Source: Candidatus Poribacteria bacterium (GTDB taxonomy: Bacteria; Poribacteria; WGA-4E; WGA-3G). Taken from it: a stretch of 64,000 bases of DNA. Position numbers and translations under genes: made by a program. The stretch covers positions 3,712,001 to 3,776,000 of the forward strand of contig OZ251518.1 of assembly GCA_965242965.1 (NCBI GenBank), in the 5' to 3' direction. Each line of letters opens with the position of its first letter. Positions within the stretch are counted from its first letter, which is position 1. Under the pieces are notes generated by a model, which worked only from the letters and a program-made list of their open reading frames with translations, ran no database searches and was not told where the DNA came from. Below, in pieces: positions 28,664 to 37,824 of the stretch.

Positions 28664-29321
28664 GAGGGTGTTTCATATATCAATGCCTTCCCGGTAGGAG
28701 AGCCCTCCTGGTCTTGATGTTCCCGTAGCGCGGGGGCCTGTCCCCCGCGTTGTCCAGCGTCAAGCGGTGGCGTTTTAGGTCCTTTAGGACCTTAATGTCT
28801 ATAGAAAAACGTGTCGGCCCATTTTCAAGGTCCTTTAGGTCCTTAATAAAAAACACGCGGCCCTGTCAAAACCTATTAAGGACCTAAAGGACCTTAGCAT
28901 TCTTCGCGGGTGCGCGTGCTATAGACATTAAGGTCCTACGGACCTAAGAGACGTTTTTTCATCGTAGCGCGGACGATGGCGAGGGACAGGCCCTCGCCCT
29001 ACGGTGAAAGGGAGGGCTTTCCTCTTACCGTAGCGCGGGGGCCTGTCCCCCGCGAGCGTTGGATTGCGCGAGCGATGGCGAGGGACAGGCCCTCGCCCTA
29101 CGATGAAGGGGGGCTTTCTGCCGCCGCTGCCCCGGGGGTGCCGCCCTATTGCATCGAGACCAGGAGGTCTCTCCTACGGGAACATCGCTTGCATCGAGAT
29201 CTGGATGGCGCGCCGACAGGAAAAAATTGAGACCGGGAGGGCTCTCCTATCCAAGAGGGCGCGGGAGTCGCCCGCTCCCCAAAGGGGAATAAATACCGAA
29301 ACGGATTTATGAAACACCCTC
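28664..29321. mobile_element. MITE-like cassette (TIR GAGGGTGTTTCATA) carrying REPs and a ~170-bp palindrome
   Basis: TIRs at 28663-28677 and 29308-29322; flanks ACATTACGT and ATCTTACGT (7/9 direct repeat). Confidence 0.75.
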
Positions 29322-29446
29322 ATCTTACGTAGTGCGAGGGCCTGTCCCTCGCTCTGTTCACCGATAACGCTAACCCATTCCGTTGCGTTCGTGACGTAGT
29401 GCGAGGGCCTGTCCCTCGCCTTTAAATAAAAATGAGGGAAACGCTG

Positions 29447-30079
29447 ATGGCATTTAGTGATTTCAAAACCGCGGCTGAAGTCCAAGAGAAATTCGGGATT
29501 GCTTCCGTTGAAGAAAACTTCATAGAGAGTGAAAGGGAAGAACCGCCGGCGCATTTCCTGCGAGACTTTGAGTTTGCGCAGCAGCATATTGATGTTCTGG
29601 CATCGGAGTCGGCGCGGTGTCATGCGCTCATCTATCCGATTTTATGGGAGTGCTATAAGGCGTACGCCGAGGACTACGCGCTCTGGATTGGCAAATCCAT
29701 CACCTACAATGAGACATTGACAGGCACGCCGGATTACTTCGTCTCCACAAAGTCGCCGTTAGGTAAAAACGTCGTTGGAAGTCCCTTAATCATGATGGTT
29801 GCGGCGAAGCGGAACGATTTTGACCAGGGATGGGGACAATGTCTTGCGGAGATGGTGGCCGCGCAGAAAATCAATGGCGATGTGGTTTGCCCGGTGTATG
29901 GCATTGTTAGCGATGGGCAATCGTGGGAATTTGGTCGGCTTGTCGGTGAGACTTTCATCTGGAGACGTAGCCGTATTAACACGGATGATTTGCCGGGAGT
30001 CTTTGGGGCAGTTAAGGCGGTTTTCAGGCACGCGAAGCAGCATACTGGGCCTTGCAACTTAAACGAGCGTGTTTCCTAA
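29447..30079 (+). CDS. PD-(D/E)XK-fold protein resembling the HsdR N-terminal family
   Basis: GTPDYF..AAK..GWGQCLAEMVAAQ..VYGIVSDG..W.F; start ATG 29447 (alternative 29432). Confidence 0.7.
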   Translation: MAFSDFKTAAEVQEKFGIASVEENFIESEREEPPAHFLRDFEFAQQHIDVLASESARCHALIYPILWECYKAYAEDYALWIGKSITYNETLTGTPDYFVSTKSPLGKNVVGSPLIMMVAAKRNDFDQGWGQCLAEMVAAQKINGDVVCPVYGIVSDGQSWEFGRLVGETFIWRRSRINTDDLPGVFGAVKAVFRHAKQHTGPCNLNERVS

Positions 30080-30582
30080 ATCGCTCAACGTCGCGGTGAC
30101 AGTCTCGATGCGAGCGGTGTCCCCGTAGGAGAGCCCTCCCGGTCTCGATGCACATTCTGTAGTTCGGGCTCGCCTGCTCCCGACCGGGTCAGATCAGGCA
30201 GCGAGGGCCTGTCCCTCGCCCTCCGTGAAGGGGCGGCATTTTTTCACCGTAGCGCGGGGGCCCTCGGATGCCACACGCGCATCCGAGCGGGTTTCCCTCG
30301 CGAACGTTCGGGGTGCCGAGACATGGCGAGGGACAGGCCCTCGCCCTACGGTGAGGGGGGGCGTTTTGTGAAGAAGATGTCCCGTTACCGTAGTGCGGGG
30401 CCCCTCGGATGCCATCCGCGCATGCGAGCGGGTTTCCCTCGCAATCGTTCGGGGTGCCGAGACATGGCGAGGGACAGGCCCTCGCCCTACGGTAATCGAG
30501 ACCAGGAGGTCTCTCCTACCAGAGCTAATCGAGACTGGGAGGTCTCTCCTACCGGGAAGACATCGAGATATGAAACACCCTC
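30065..30582. mobile_element. MITE-like cassette with degenerate left TIR
   Basis: GAGCGTGTTTCCTA plus the subterminal TCGCTCAAC..CGCGGTGA also seen after the TIRs at 6346 and 42047; right TIR 30569-30583. Confidence 0.65.
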
Positions 30583-30673
30583 AATAAAAAACTTGACAAA
30601 TAGTCAAAAAATAGATAACATAATGCATAAACGTGGAATCTTGCTAAAAATGTTTTAAATGGAGGTAGGTATC

Positions 30674-32239
30674 ATGAAATCGCGTCGTATATCTTTGGCA
30701 TTGACGCTCTCGCTAGTGGCGCACGTGTGCATCGCGGTAGCCGTGGCGTATGTTGCGCTCACTGCCCAAAATCAGACACCGAGAGATACCATTGATGTCA
30801 GTTTTTTCATCCTCACGCCGCCGAAGGCGCAACCACGGGATTTGATAACGCCCGAGCTGCTCGTCGCGCCGGCACCGAATCCGGATTGGCAAGTCGTCCA
30901 GCAAACTGAGCCGACGACACGCCGTGCGGCTATTGCGAGACAGACGACAACGCCGATGAACACCGCACTGCCCGCTGCAGCCAGACCGGATGCACCGAAG
31001 CGGGGACAGGTGAACGTTTCTAGCACGCCTTCCGTTCGCACGGATATTGCGCCGCCGCTCACAACGGCGGCAGACCTGGCGATAGAATCGGAATCGCCGC
31101 TCGCCGCAGGTTTGCGTAGCGGGAATGCTCTCACCGCAGGGCTCAGTAACGGCGATGGCGATGGCGATGGTGAAAATGCTGGCACTGGACGCGGTGCCTT
31201 CGGCTCCGCAGGGGCAATGACTCAAGAACGCGGGAGAGGTTATGCCGGCCTAGACACCCTCGTCGGTGGTGCAGGCGTTGCGAATATGAACGCCGCTCTG
31301 GCAGACGTTACGGAGAACATTGTGCTTGGCAACAATGTGCCTCCCCTCCCGAAAGGCTCACCGGGTGCTATCATCCAAGGCCGCGGCAAGGAGATACTGG
31401 GTAGGCTCAACCTTGTCCGCTTGGATGATCCGTTGCATCCGAACCTTGATATATGAGGCAGCGGCATCGGACATCTCCGATTTGGGGCAGGTCTGCCCTA
31501 TTTAGTCAAGGCGTTGAACACGCAAACTGGTGTTCTCACTCAACTTGTTGACGCAGTTCAAATTACCGATGCGGCGTTCTTTGAATCGCCGATTATCTTC
31601 ATGGAGCCCGTCTCTAGTTCGGTCCTTCAGAGCAACACGCTTGGGCTCAGCGATGCTATCTGGGATACGCAGAGTTCGCGCGCTACGAAAGGCTACACTG
31701 ACCGGGAGGCGCAGCGCATCCGTGAATACGTTATCAACCGTGGTGGGTTTATCTATATGCCGACACACGGCAATACCGAGGAGGCGATGCGTCCGGCGCG
31801 GCGCGTCTTACGGCAAATTCTGCCGGAATATCACCTCTCCGTTATTCCCCGAGACCACGCGCTCTACAAGAGTTTTTATGAGTTGAACGGGCCGCTCCGT
31901 TTTCCTGTGCGGAAGATCGGACGCACCATTCTCCATCATGGGCCGTATAGCCAATTGCAAGGCGTTTTCATTGATGGACGACTAGCGGTTCTCGTGGATA
32001 CGGAGGCGATGATTCACGTGATGGATGGCGCGGTGCAGAAACCTTTCTTCGGGCATTACCAAGATAGGAATAAGATCTTAGACGAATTCGCACCCGCTGC
32101 CGCGCGGCAACTCATCAACATTGTCGTTTACGCCGTAACGCACGGCGGTATCTCGGATTACAGCAACTATGTCCCAGCGGCGGCACTCTCGGATGATGCA
32201 GAACGCATCCCGGAAGCCGCACCGAAGACTCGGTTGTGA
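30674..32239 (+). CDS. Membrane-anchored DUF4159-domain protein with one in-frame TGA (31454-31456); candidate selenoprotein, alternatively a nonsense pseudogene
   Basis: ORFs 30659-31456 and 31514-32239 share a frame with open codons between them; DUF4159-like IREYVINRGGFIY, HALYKSFYEL, LQGVFIDGRLAV, INIVVYAVTH; SECIS-like hairpin downstream of the TGA. Confidence 0.7.
31483..31500 (+). promoter_or_regulatory. Putative bacterial SECIS element
   Basis: TGGGGCA-GGTC-TGCCCTA stem-loop containing GCAGGTCTGC; loop starts 34 nt after the TGA. Confidence 0.6.
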
Positions 32240-32327
32240 GGAAGATATTTTTGTAGACGAGACATCCTGCGGCATTGAGCCAGGGATGTCTCGCCTCCCG
32301 GAGAAAAAGCCAATACGCATCCGATGG

Positions 32328-32356
32328 TTGACAAACTGCAGTGAGCAAGGTATAAT
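32328..32356 (+). promoter_or_regulatory. Consensus sigma-70 promoter
   Basis: TTGACA-N17-TATAAT. Confidence 0.85.
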
Positions 32357-32361
32357 ATAGG

Positions 32362-32926
32362 GAGAGTGTTTCAGAACCGGTAGGAGAGACCTCCTGGTCT
32401 CGATGGCTTCGGGTAGGAGAGACCTCCTGGTCTCGATGTTCCCGTAGCGCGGGGCCCCGCGTTGTCTATCGTCAAGCGGTGGCGTTTTAGGTCCGTAGGA
32501 CCTTAATGTCTATAGCCCGCGCGCCCGCGAAGAACCCTAAGGTCCTTTAGGTCCTTAATAGATTTTGCCAGGGCCGCGTGTGTTTTTTATTAAGGACCTA
32601 AAGGACCTTGACAACGGAACGACACATGCTGCTATAGACATGTAGGTCCTAAAGGACCTAAGAACCGTTTTTTTTCGTATGCGGGGGCCTGTCCCCCGCG
32701 AGCATTGGATTGCGCGGACGATGGCGAGGGAAACCCTCTCGGATGCGCGTGTGGCATCCGAGGGCCCAAGCCCTACGATGAAGGGGGGCTTTCTGCCGTC
32801 GCGGCCCCGGTAGGCGCGCCGACAGGAAGGCATCGAGACCGGGAGGTCTCTCCTACGGGGACATCGCTTGCTCGGTATTCGCCCCCAACCGGGATAACTA
32901 CCGAAACGGATTTATGAAACACCCTG
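32362..32926. mobile_element. MITE-like cassette inserted just downstream of the -10 box
   Basis: Ends GAGAGTGTTTCAGA and TATGAAACACCCTG; flanks AATATAGG and AATATAGT. Confidence 0.75.
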
Positions 32927-32960
32927 AATATAGTAACAACAAAGGAGACTTAAAACAGCA

Positions 32961-33809
32961 ATGGCAAATTACGCAAACCCCGATGTCTTGGTAAGCACGG
33001 AATGGGTAGCGCAACACGGCGGCGATGCTGGCATCCGACTGCTTGAAGTGGACGTAGATACGTCCGCTTATGGCGACGGACACATCGCCGGTGCGGTTGG
33101 ACTCAACTGGCAGACGCAGCTCTGTGACCAGGTGCGGCGCGACATTCTCACCAAAGAACAGTTTGAGGCACTCTGCAACGACAGCGGCATCGACAACGAT
33201 ACCACCGTCGTTTTCTACGGCGACAATAATAATTGGTTCGCAACTTACGCATTGTGGCAGTTCCGTTACTATGGGCACGACGAAAGTTTGCTCAAGGTGA
33301 TGAACGGCGGCCGCCAAAAATGGATGGACGAAGGCAGAGCACTCGTCACCGAAGTCCCTGACTATGCAAGCACCGGGTATCGGGCGAAATTTCCTGATGA
33401 CAACGTGCGCGCGACGAAGGACAACATCCTGCCAACGTTGGAACAGGGTGTGATTCACCTCGTAGATGTCCGTTCGCCGGCAGAATTTTCAGGCGAAGTC
33501 ATCGCGCCACCCGGCATGAACGAGACGGCGCAACGCGGCGGACATATCCCCGGCGCGGCGAATATCCCGTGGGCAACCGCTGTCGCCGATGACGGCACCT
33601 TTAAATCCCACGACGAACTGCAGGCAATCTACGGCGGCGCAGGCGTTGACGCGGATAAGGAGACTATCGCATACTGCCGCATCGGCGAACGTTCATCGCA
33701 TACGTGGTTTGTGCTGAAGTATCTGCTCGGTTATGAGAAGGTGCGCAACTACGATGGGAGTTGGACGGAGTGGGGCAATCTTGTCGGCGCGCCCATCGCC
33801 CGCGACTAA
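32961..33809 (+). CDS. Thiosulfate sulfurtransferase (tandem rhodanese, SseA/CysA-like)
   Basis: LVSTEWV, GHIAGAV, QRGGHIPGA, YCRIGERSS, YDGSWTEWG. Confidence 0.95.
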   Translation: MANYANPDVLVSTEWVAQHGGDAGIRLLEVDVDTSAYGDGHIAGAVGLNWQTQLCDQVRRDILTKEQFEALCNDSGIDNDTTVVFYGDNNNWFATYALWQFRYYGHDESLLKVMNGGRQKWMDEGRALVTEVPDYASTGYRAKFPDDNVRATKDNILPTLEQGVIHLVDVRSPAEFSGEVIAPPGMNETAQRGGHIPGAANIPWATAVADDGTFKSHDELQAIYGGAGVDADKETIAYCRIGERSSHTWFVLKYLLGYEKVRNYDGSWTEWGNLVGAPIARD

Positions 33810-33880
33810 ACTTGGAATTGTAAGGGCGGCCATGGCTGCGAGCGGCTATATCCGCCCACCAACACGCGACACATTGAATT

Positions 33881-34165
33881 ATGCCGAAATTCCTCACGAC
33901 ACACGCCATCGCTTGCATGACGCGCCAAGATGTCGCGCGCTTGCTAAAACGTTTCCGCGAAGCGGAAACCACCGAAGTCAGGAACATCCGAATGCTTTGC
34001 GATACACTCTCCGGACGGCTCGTCTGCGAGTGGGAAGCCCGCGACCGGACAACCCTGATAGCGTGGTTGAAAACGTGCAACGTGCAACTGCGCGGCACCG
34101 GCGAATGGCTCATGACGGTGCAATATGAATCGGTTGGCGATGAACTGAAAGCACCCAGAACGTAG
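33881..34165 (+). CDS. Small ferredoxin-like-fold protein resembling DUF4242
   Basis: MPKFLTTH..GRLVCEWEA.D pattern; lies inside an operon-like run. Confidence 0.6.
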   Translation: MPKFLTTHAIACMTRQDVARLLKRFREAETTEVRNIRMLCDTLSGRLVCEWEARDRTTLIAWLKTCNVQLRGTGEWLMTVQYESVGDELKAPRT

Positions 34166-34233
34166 TTCGTCAACGAAGATGACAGCTGCATTGCAAGGCA
34201 ACCTTTATTGAACGCCTTGCGCCAATACAAAAA

Positions 34234-35061
34234 ATGTATTACTTAACCCGGCAGACTGCTTTTGAAGCCTCGCACTACAACCGCATTCCCGAACTGAGCG
34301 ACGCTGAGAATTACGCGCTATTCGGGGCCGCCGCGAATCCGAATAGCCACGGACACAACTACGTGCTTGAGGTGATGCTGAAAGGCGAACTTGAAGCGGA
34401 CAACGGGATGGTTATCAATTTGGTGACGTTAGACGCGTTGTTGAAGGAAGAGGTGCTCGCACACTATGATCATCGGCATTTGAACCTTCAACACCCGGTG
34501 TTCTCACGCAACCCGCAGTTGCAACCGACAGACGAAAACATCGCCATGGAGATTTGGGGGCGGCTGGTTCCGTCTCTCCCAGACGGCTTGCTGCATCGGG
34601 TGCGCCTGTATTCACAGACAACGCAATTCGCTGACTATTATGGAGAAGGACTGATGGTTTACCTCACCAAAGTCTACGAGTTTAGTGCCGCGCATCGCCT
34701 GCACAGCCACGTCCTCAGCGATGCCGAAAACCGCGACATCTTCGGGAAGTGCAACAATCCGGCGGGGCACGGCCATAACTACGTCATGGAAGTCACCGTT
34801 AAGGGCGACGTAGATGCGAAAACGGGGCTCGTCGCGAGGCTGAATCTGCTTGACGAAGCGGTGGAAACCCAGGTCTACGCGCGGTTTGACTACAAGCATC
34901 TCAATCTGGATACGCCAGAATTTGAGACGCTCAACCCTACTTCGGAGAACTTCGTGAAAGTGTTGTGGGATGCGCTGGAACCCGCGGTGGCACCAGTCTC
35001 CTTACACCGCATCCGTTTGCGCGAAACTCCGAAAAATCATTTTGACTATTACGGTGAATAG
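34234..35061 (+). CDS. Tandem two-domain 6-pyruvoyl-tetrahydropterin synthase (PTPS/QueD family)
   Basis: Two T-fold repeats: FEASH..HGHNY..DHRHLN and FSAAH..CNNPAGHGHNY..ETPKN. Confidence 0.9.
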   Translation: MYYLTRQTAFEASHYNRIPELSDAENYALFGAAANPNSHGHNYVLEVMLKGELEADNGMVINLVTLDALLKEEVLAHYDHRHLNLQHPVFSRNPQLQPTDENIAMEIWGRLVPSLPDGLLHRVRLYSQTTQFADYYGEGLMVYLTKVYEFSAAHRLHSHVLSDAENRDIFGKCNNPAGHGHNYVMEVTVKGDVDAKTGLVARLNLLDEAVETQVYARFDYKHLNLDTPEFETLNPTSENFVKVLWDALEPAVAPVSLHRIRLRETPKNHFDYYGE

Positions 35062-35124
35062 AGATGGAGACGCATTTTGCTTGCGTAGCGCGAGTGCCGG
35101 TGTGCCGGGGCTGCGCCGATAGCT

Positions 35125-35706
35125 ATGAAAAATAAACAGCATAACGAGACAGCAGAATTAGAGGGGCTCTTCACGCGGATTCTCGAAAATCTGGGTGAAG
35201 ACCCGGGCCGCCAAGGCTTAGTGAACACGCCGCTGCGCGCCGCGAAAGCGATGCAATTTTTGACGAGCGGCTACCACCAAGACATTGACATACTCTTGAA
35301 CAACGCGGTATTTGACGAGGACTACGACGAAATGGTGATTGTCAAAGACATCGAATTTTACAGTCTTTGCGAGCACCACATCCTCCCGTTTTGGGGGAGA
35401 TGTCACGTCGGTTATATTCCGCGGAAACGGATTATCGGGTTGAGCAAAATTCCGCGCATCGTGGATATGTTTTCACGACGGCTGCAAGTGCAGGAACGGC
35501 TCACCCGCGAGATTGCCGAGGCGTTGGAAAACACCTTGGACCCGCAGGGTGTCGCCGTCGTCATGGAGGGGCAACACCTGTGCATGATGGCACGCGGCGT
35601 GGAGAAGCAGGCACCGAAGATGACGACGAATGTCATGCGCGGTATTTTTCGGGCGAATGATTCTACCCGTTCCGAATTTCTGAAATGCATCCAAAGTGGG
35701 ACGTAG
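35125..35706 (+). CDS. folE: GTP cyclohydrolase I
   Basis: [36 protein letters not shown]. Confidence 0.97.
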   Translation: MKNKQHNETAELEGLFTRILENLGEDPGRQGLVNTPLRAAKAMQFLTSGYHQDIDILLNNAVFDEDYDEMVIVKDIEFYSLCEHHILPFWGRCHVGYIPRKRIIGLSKIPRIVDMFSRRLQVQERLTREIAEALENTLDPQGVAVVMEGQHLCMMARGVEKQAPKMTTNVMRGIFRANDSTRSEFLKCIQSGT

Positions 35707-35745
35707 CGCGAGGCACCTGAGCACCGCGTGAGGAAAGGCAAAACC

Positions 35746-36486
35746 ATGAAGAACCCGGCTATAGAACTCGAACCGCTTGAGGGAAAGGTGGCAGTCATTA
35801 CCGGTGCGTCGCGAGGCATCGGCAGGGCGACAGCGCGCGCTTTCGCTGCGGCAGGCGCGAAGTTGGTGCTCGCCGCACGCACGCCGGACGATGTTGAGAA
35901 CGTCGCCGCGCAACTCCGACAGGAAGGCGTTACGGTGCTAGCCGTTCCTACCGATGTCACGCAAGTAGACGCTGTGGCGAGGCTTTTCCAACGGACGCTG
36001 GATGCGTATCAACGGGTGGATATTTTGGTGAACAACGCCGGAAGCGGCCGCTTCGGCCCCGTGGTGGATTTCACGCCAAGCGATTGGGACAGCGTTCTCG
36101 ATTCCAACTTGAAAGGCGTTTTTCTCTGTGCGAAACTTGCGCTACCGGCAATGTTCGCGCAAGGCAGTGGGCACATTGTCAACGTGCTTTCCATTGCGGC
36201 GCGGGAGCCTTTTGCAGCATCTAGCGCGTATTGCGCGGCGAAGGCGGGCGCGCTCGCTTTCACAAAGGTGTTAGCTGCGGAAGTGCGGCAACATCACATT
36301 CGAGTTACGGCAGTGCTTCCCGGTTCAGTGCATACCTCGTTTTGGGATGAGAATTCGGAGCATCCCGACTTTGAGGCGATGCTGAAACCGGAGCATGTTG
36401 CTGCGGCGATTGTCTCTGTCTGTCAACAACCGCTGCAGATGGTTACCGATGAGATTGTGGTGATGCCGCCACTCGGCATCTTGTGA
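35746..36486 (+). CDS. Short-chain dehydrogenase/reductase (possible sepiapterin reductase)
   Basis: TGASRGIG, NNAG, YCAAK; start 35746 or 35728. Confidence 0.9.
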   Translation: MKNPAIELEPLEGKVAVITGASRGIGRATARAFAAAGAKLVLAARTPDDVENVAAQLRQEGVTVLAVPTDVTQVDAVARLFQRTLDAYQRVDILVNNAGSGRFGPVVDFTPSDWDSVLDSNLKGVFLCAKLALPAMFAQGSGHIVNVLSIAAREPFAASSAYCAAKAGALAFTKVLAAEVRQHHIRVTAVLPGSVHTSFWDENSEHPDFEAMLKPEHVAAAIVSVCQQPLQMVTDEIVVMPPLGIL

Positions 36487-36495
36487 ATCAAACCG

Positions 36496-37815
36496 CTATG
36501 AAAACCGTCCCAACCGCCGCCGAATACGAATTTCTCTGATGGCGCGCGCATCCGCATCGGTAATGGTGATGACAGCATCGCCCAACTCCAAGGCTGTCCC
36601 CGTTTTGGGAATCGTGCCAGTCCGTTCGAGGATATAGCCAGCGACTGTTTCATAATCACCTTCGGGAATAGACAACTCGTAGTGCTCTCTCAAGATAGCC
36701 ACCTCGGCTCTGCCATCACATTCAAGGGTTCGTGTGTTAAGAACGCGGATGAAATCGGGTCCGTCGCGTTCATCGGCGAACTCGCCGACGATTTCTTCAA
36801 CCAGGTCCTCCACAGTCGCGAGCCCGACGATGCCGCCGTATTCGTCCACGGCGAATACCATCGTGTGTCGGCTCTCTTGAATTTCTTGGAGGAGCGCGTT
36901 GATGTTTTTCGATTCCGGCACGAAGTGCAAGTCGGTGCGGATAAACGGTGCTATTGTCGCCGGTTGGTTATCGGCATAGATAACATCAAGGAGGTGGACG
37001 ATGCCGATGAAGTTATGGCTCTGTTCTTCGTAAACCGGAATGCGCGAGAAGCCGGCATCTGCCGCGGTTTGTAAAAAATCTGCGTAGGTTGTGTTTTTTT
37101 CTATTGCGATGATGTCCACGAGAGGCACCATCACTTGGGCAACTGTGCGATGCTGCAGGTCCAACAGACTGTGGATCATCCGTCGCTGGTGGGTTAGGAG
37201 ATTACCCGATTTTTCGCCCATAGTCGCTAACAGCCGCAGTTCTTCGCGCTGTGCATCGGGGCTCGGCGCGCTTGCATGTCTGTCACCGATTTTGACGATG
37301 AGGCGCGATACCGTTTGCACAACGGAGATAATCGGGGCTAAAATCAGTTCGGAGAACCGCAACGGATAGGCATAACGGATAGCCAAACTATCGGCCTTGA
37401 CACGAAAGATGGTTTTAGGTAAAATCTCACCAAAGATCAGGAGGAGGATGGTAATGCCAACCGTAGCGATGAGCCCTTGAAGGCTTTCCGTGAGGTTCGG
37501 CAGTGCGCCAGCCGTCAGCCTCTCCCCGAATTGGGCGATGAGGACATTCGCAAGGTTTGTGCCGACGAGCGTGAGTGCCAGCATCCTTTCGGGCGATTCA
37601 ATCAGCCGGTGGATAATTTTGGCTTTCGCGTCACCGGTGTCAACACGTTGGTGCATCCGAATTTTGTTGACAGAGACGAGTGCCGTTTCTGAGCCGGAGT
37701 AAAACGCCGATAGCGCGAGGCAAATCAGTATCGCGATGGACAACGAAACGAACACTGCTAGTTGTGCTGAACCGTCTGCGCCTATGAGAAAAAGGGATAG
37801 GAGAAGAATTTTCAA
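36496..37815 (-). CDS. HlyC/CorC family CNNM + CBS + CorC transporter-associated protein
   Basis: SGSETAL, FGEILPK, GFSRIPVY, DEYGG..EDLVEEIVGE. Confidence 0.93.
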   Translation of the reverse strand: MKILLLSLFLIGADGSAQLAVFVSLSIAILICLALSAFYSGSETALVSVNKIRMHQRVDTGDAKAKIIHRLIESPERMLALTLVGTNLANVLIAQFGERLTAGALPNLTESLQGLIATVGITILLLIFGEILPKTIFRVKADSLAIRYAYPLRFSELILAPIISVVQTVSRLIVKIGDRHASAPSPDAQREELRLLATMGEKSGNLLTHQRRMIHSLLDLQHRTVAQVMVPLVDIIAIEKNTTYADFLQTAADAGFSRIPVYEEQSHNFIGIVHLLDVIYADNQPATIAPFIRTDLHFVPESKNINALLQEIQESRHTMVFAVDEYGGIVGLATVEDLVEEIVGEFADERDGPDFIRVLNTRTLECDGRAEVAILREHYELSIPEGDYETVAGYILERTGTIPKTGTALELGDAVITITDADARAIREIRIRRRLGRFS

Positions 37816-37824
37816 GTTTTTCCT

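Noticed and set aside
31514-32239. Independent gene starting at TTG 31514
   Set aside because: No clear SD, and it is in frame with the upstream ORF across a single TGA; treated as one gene
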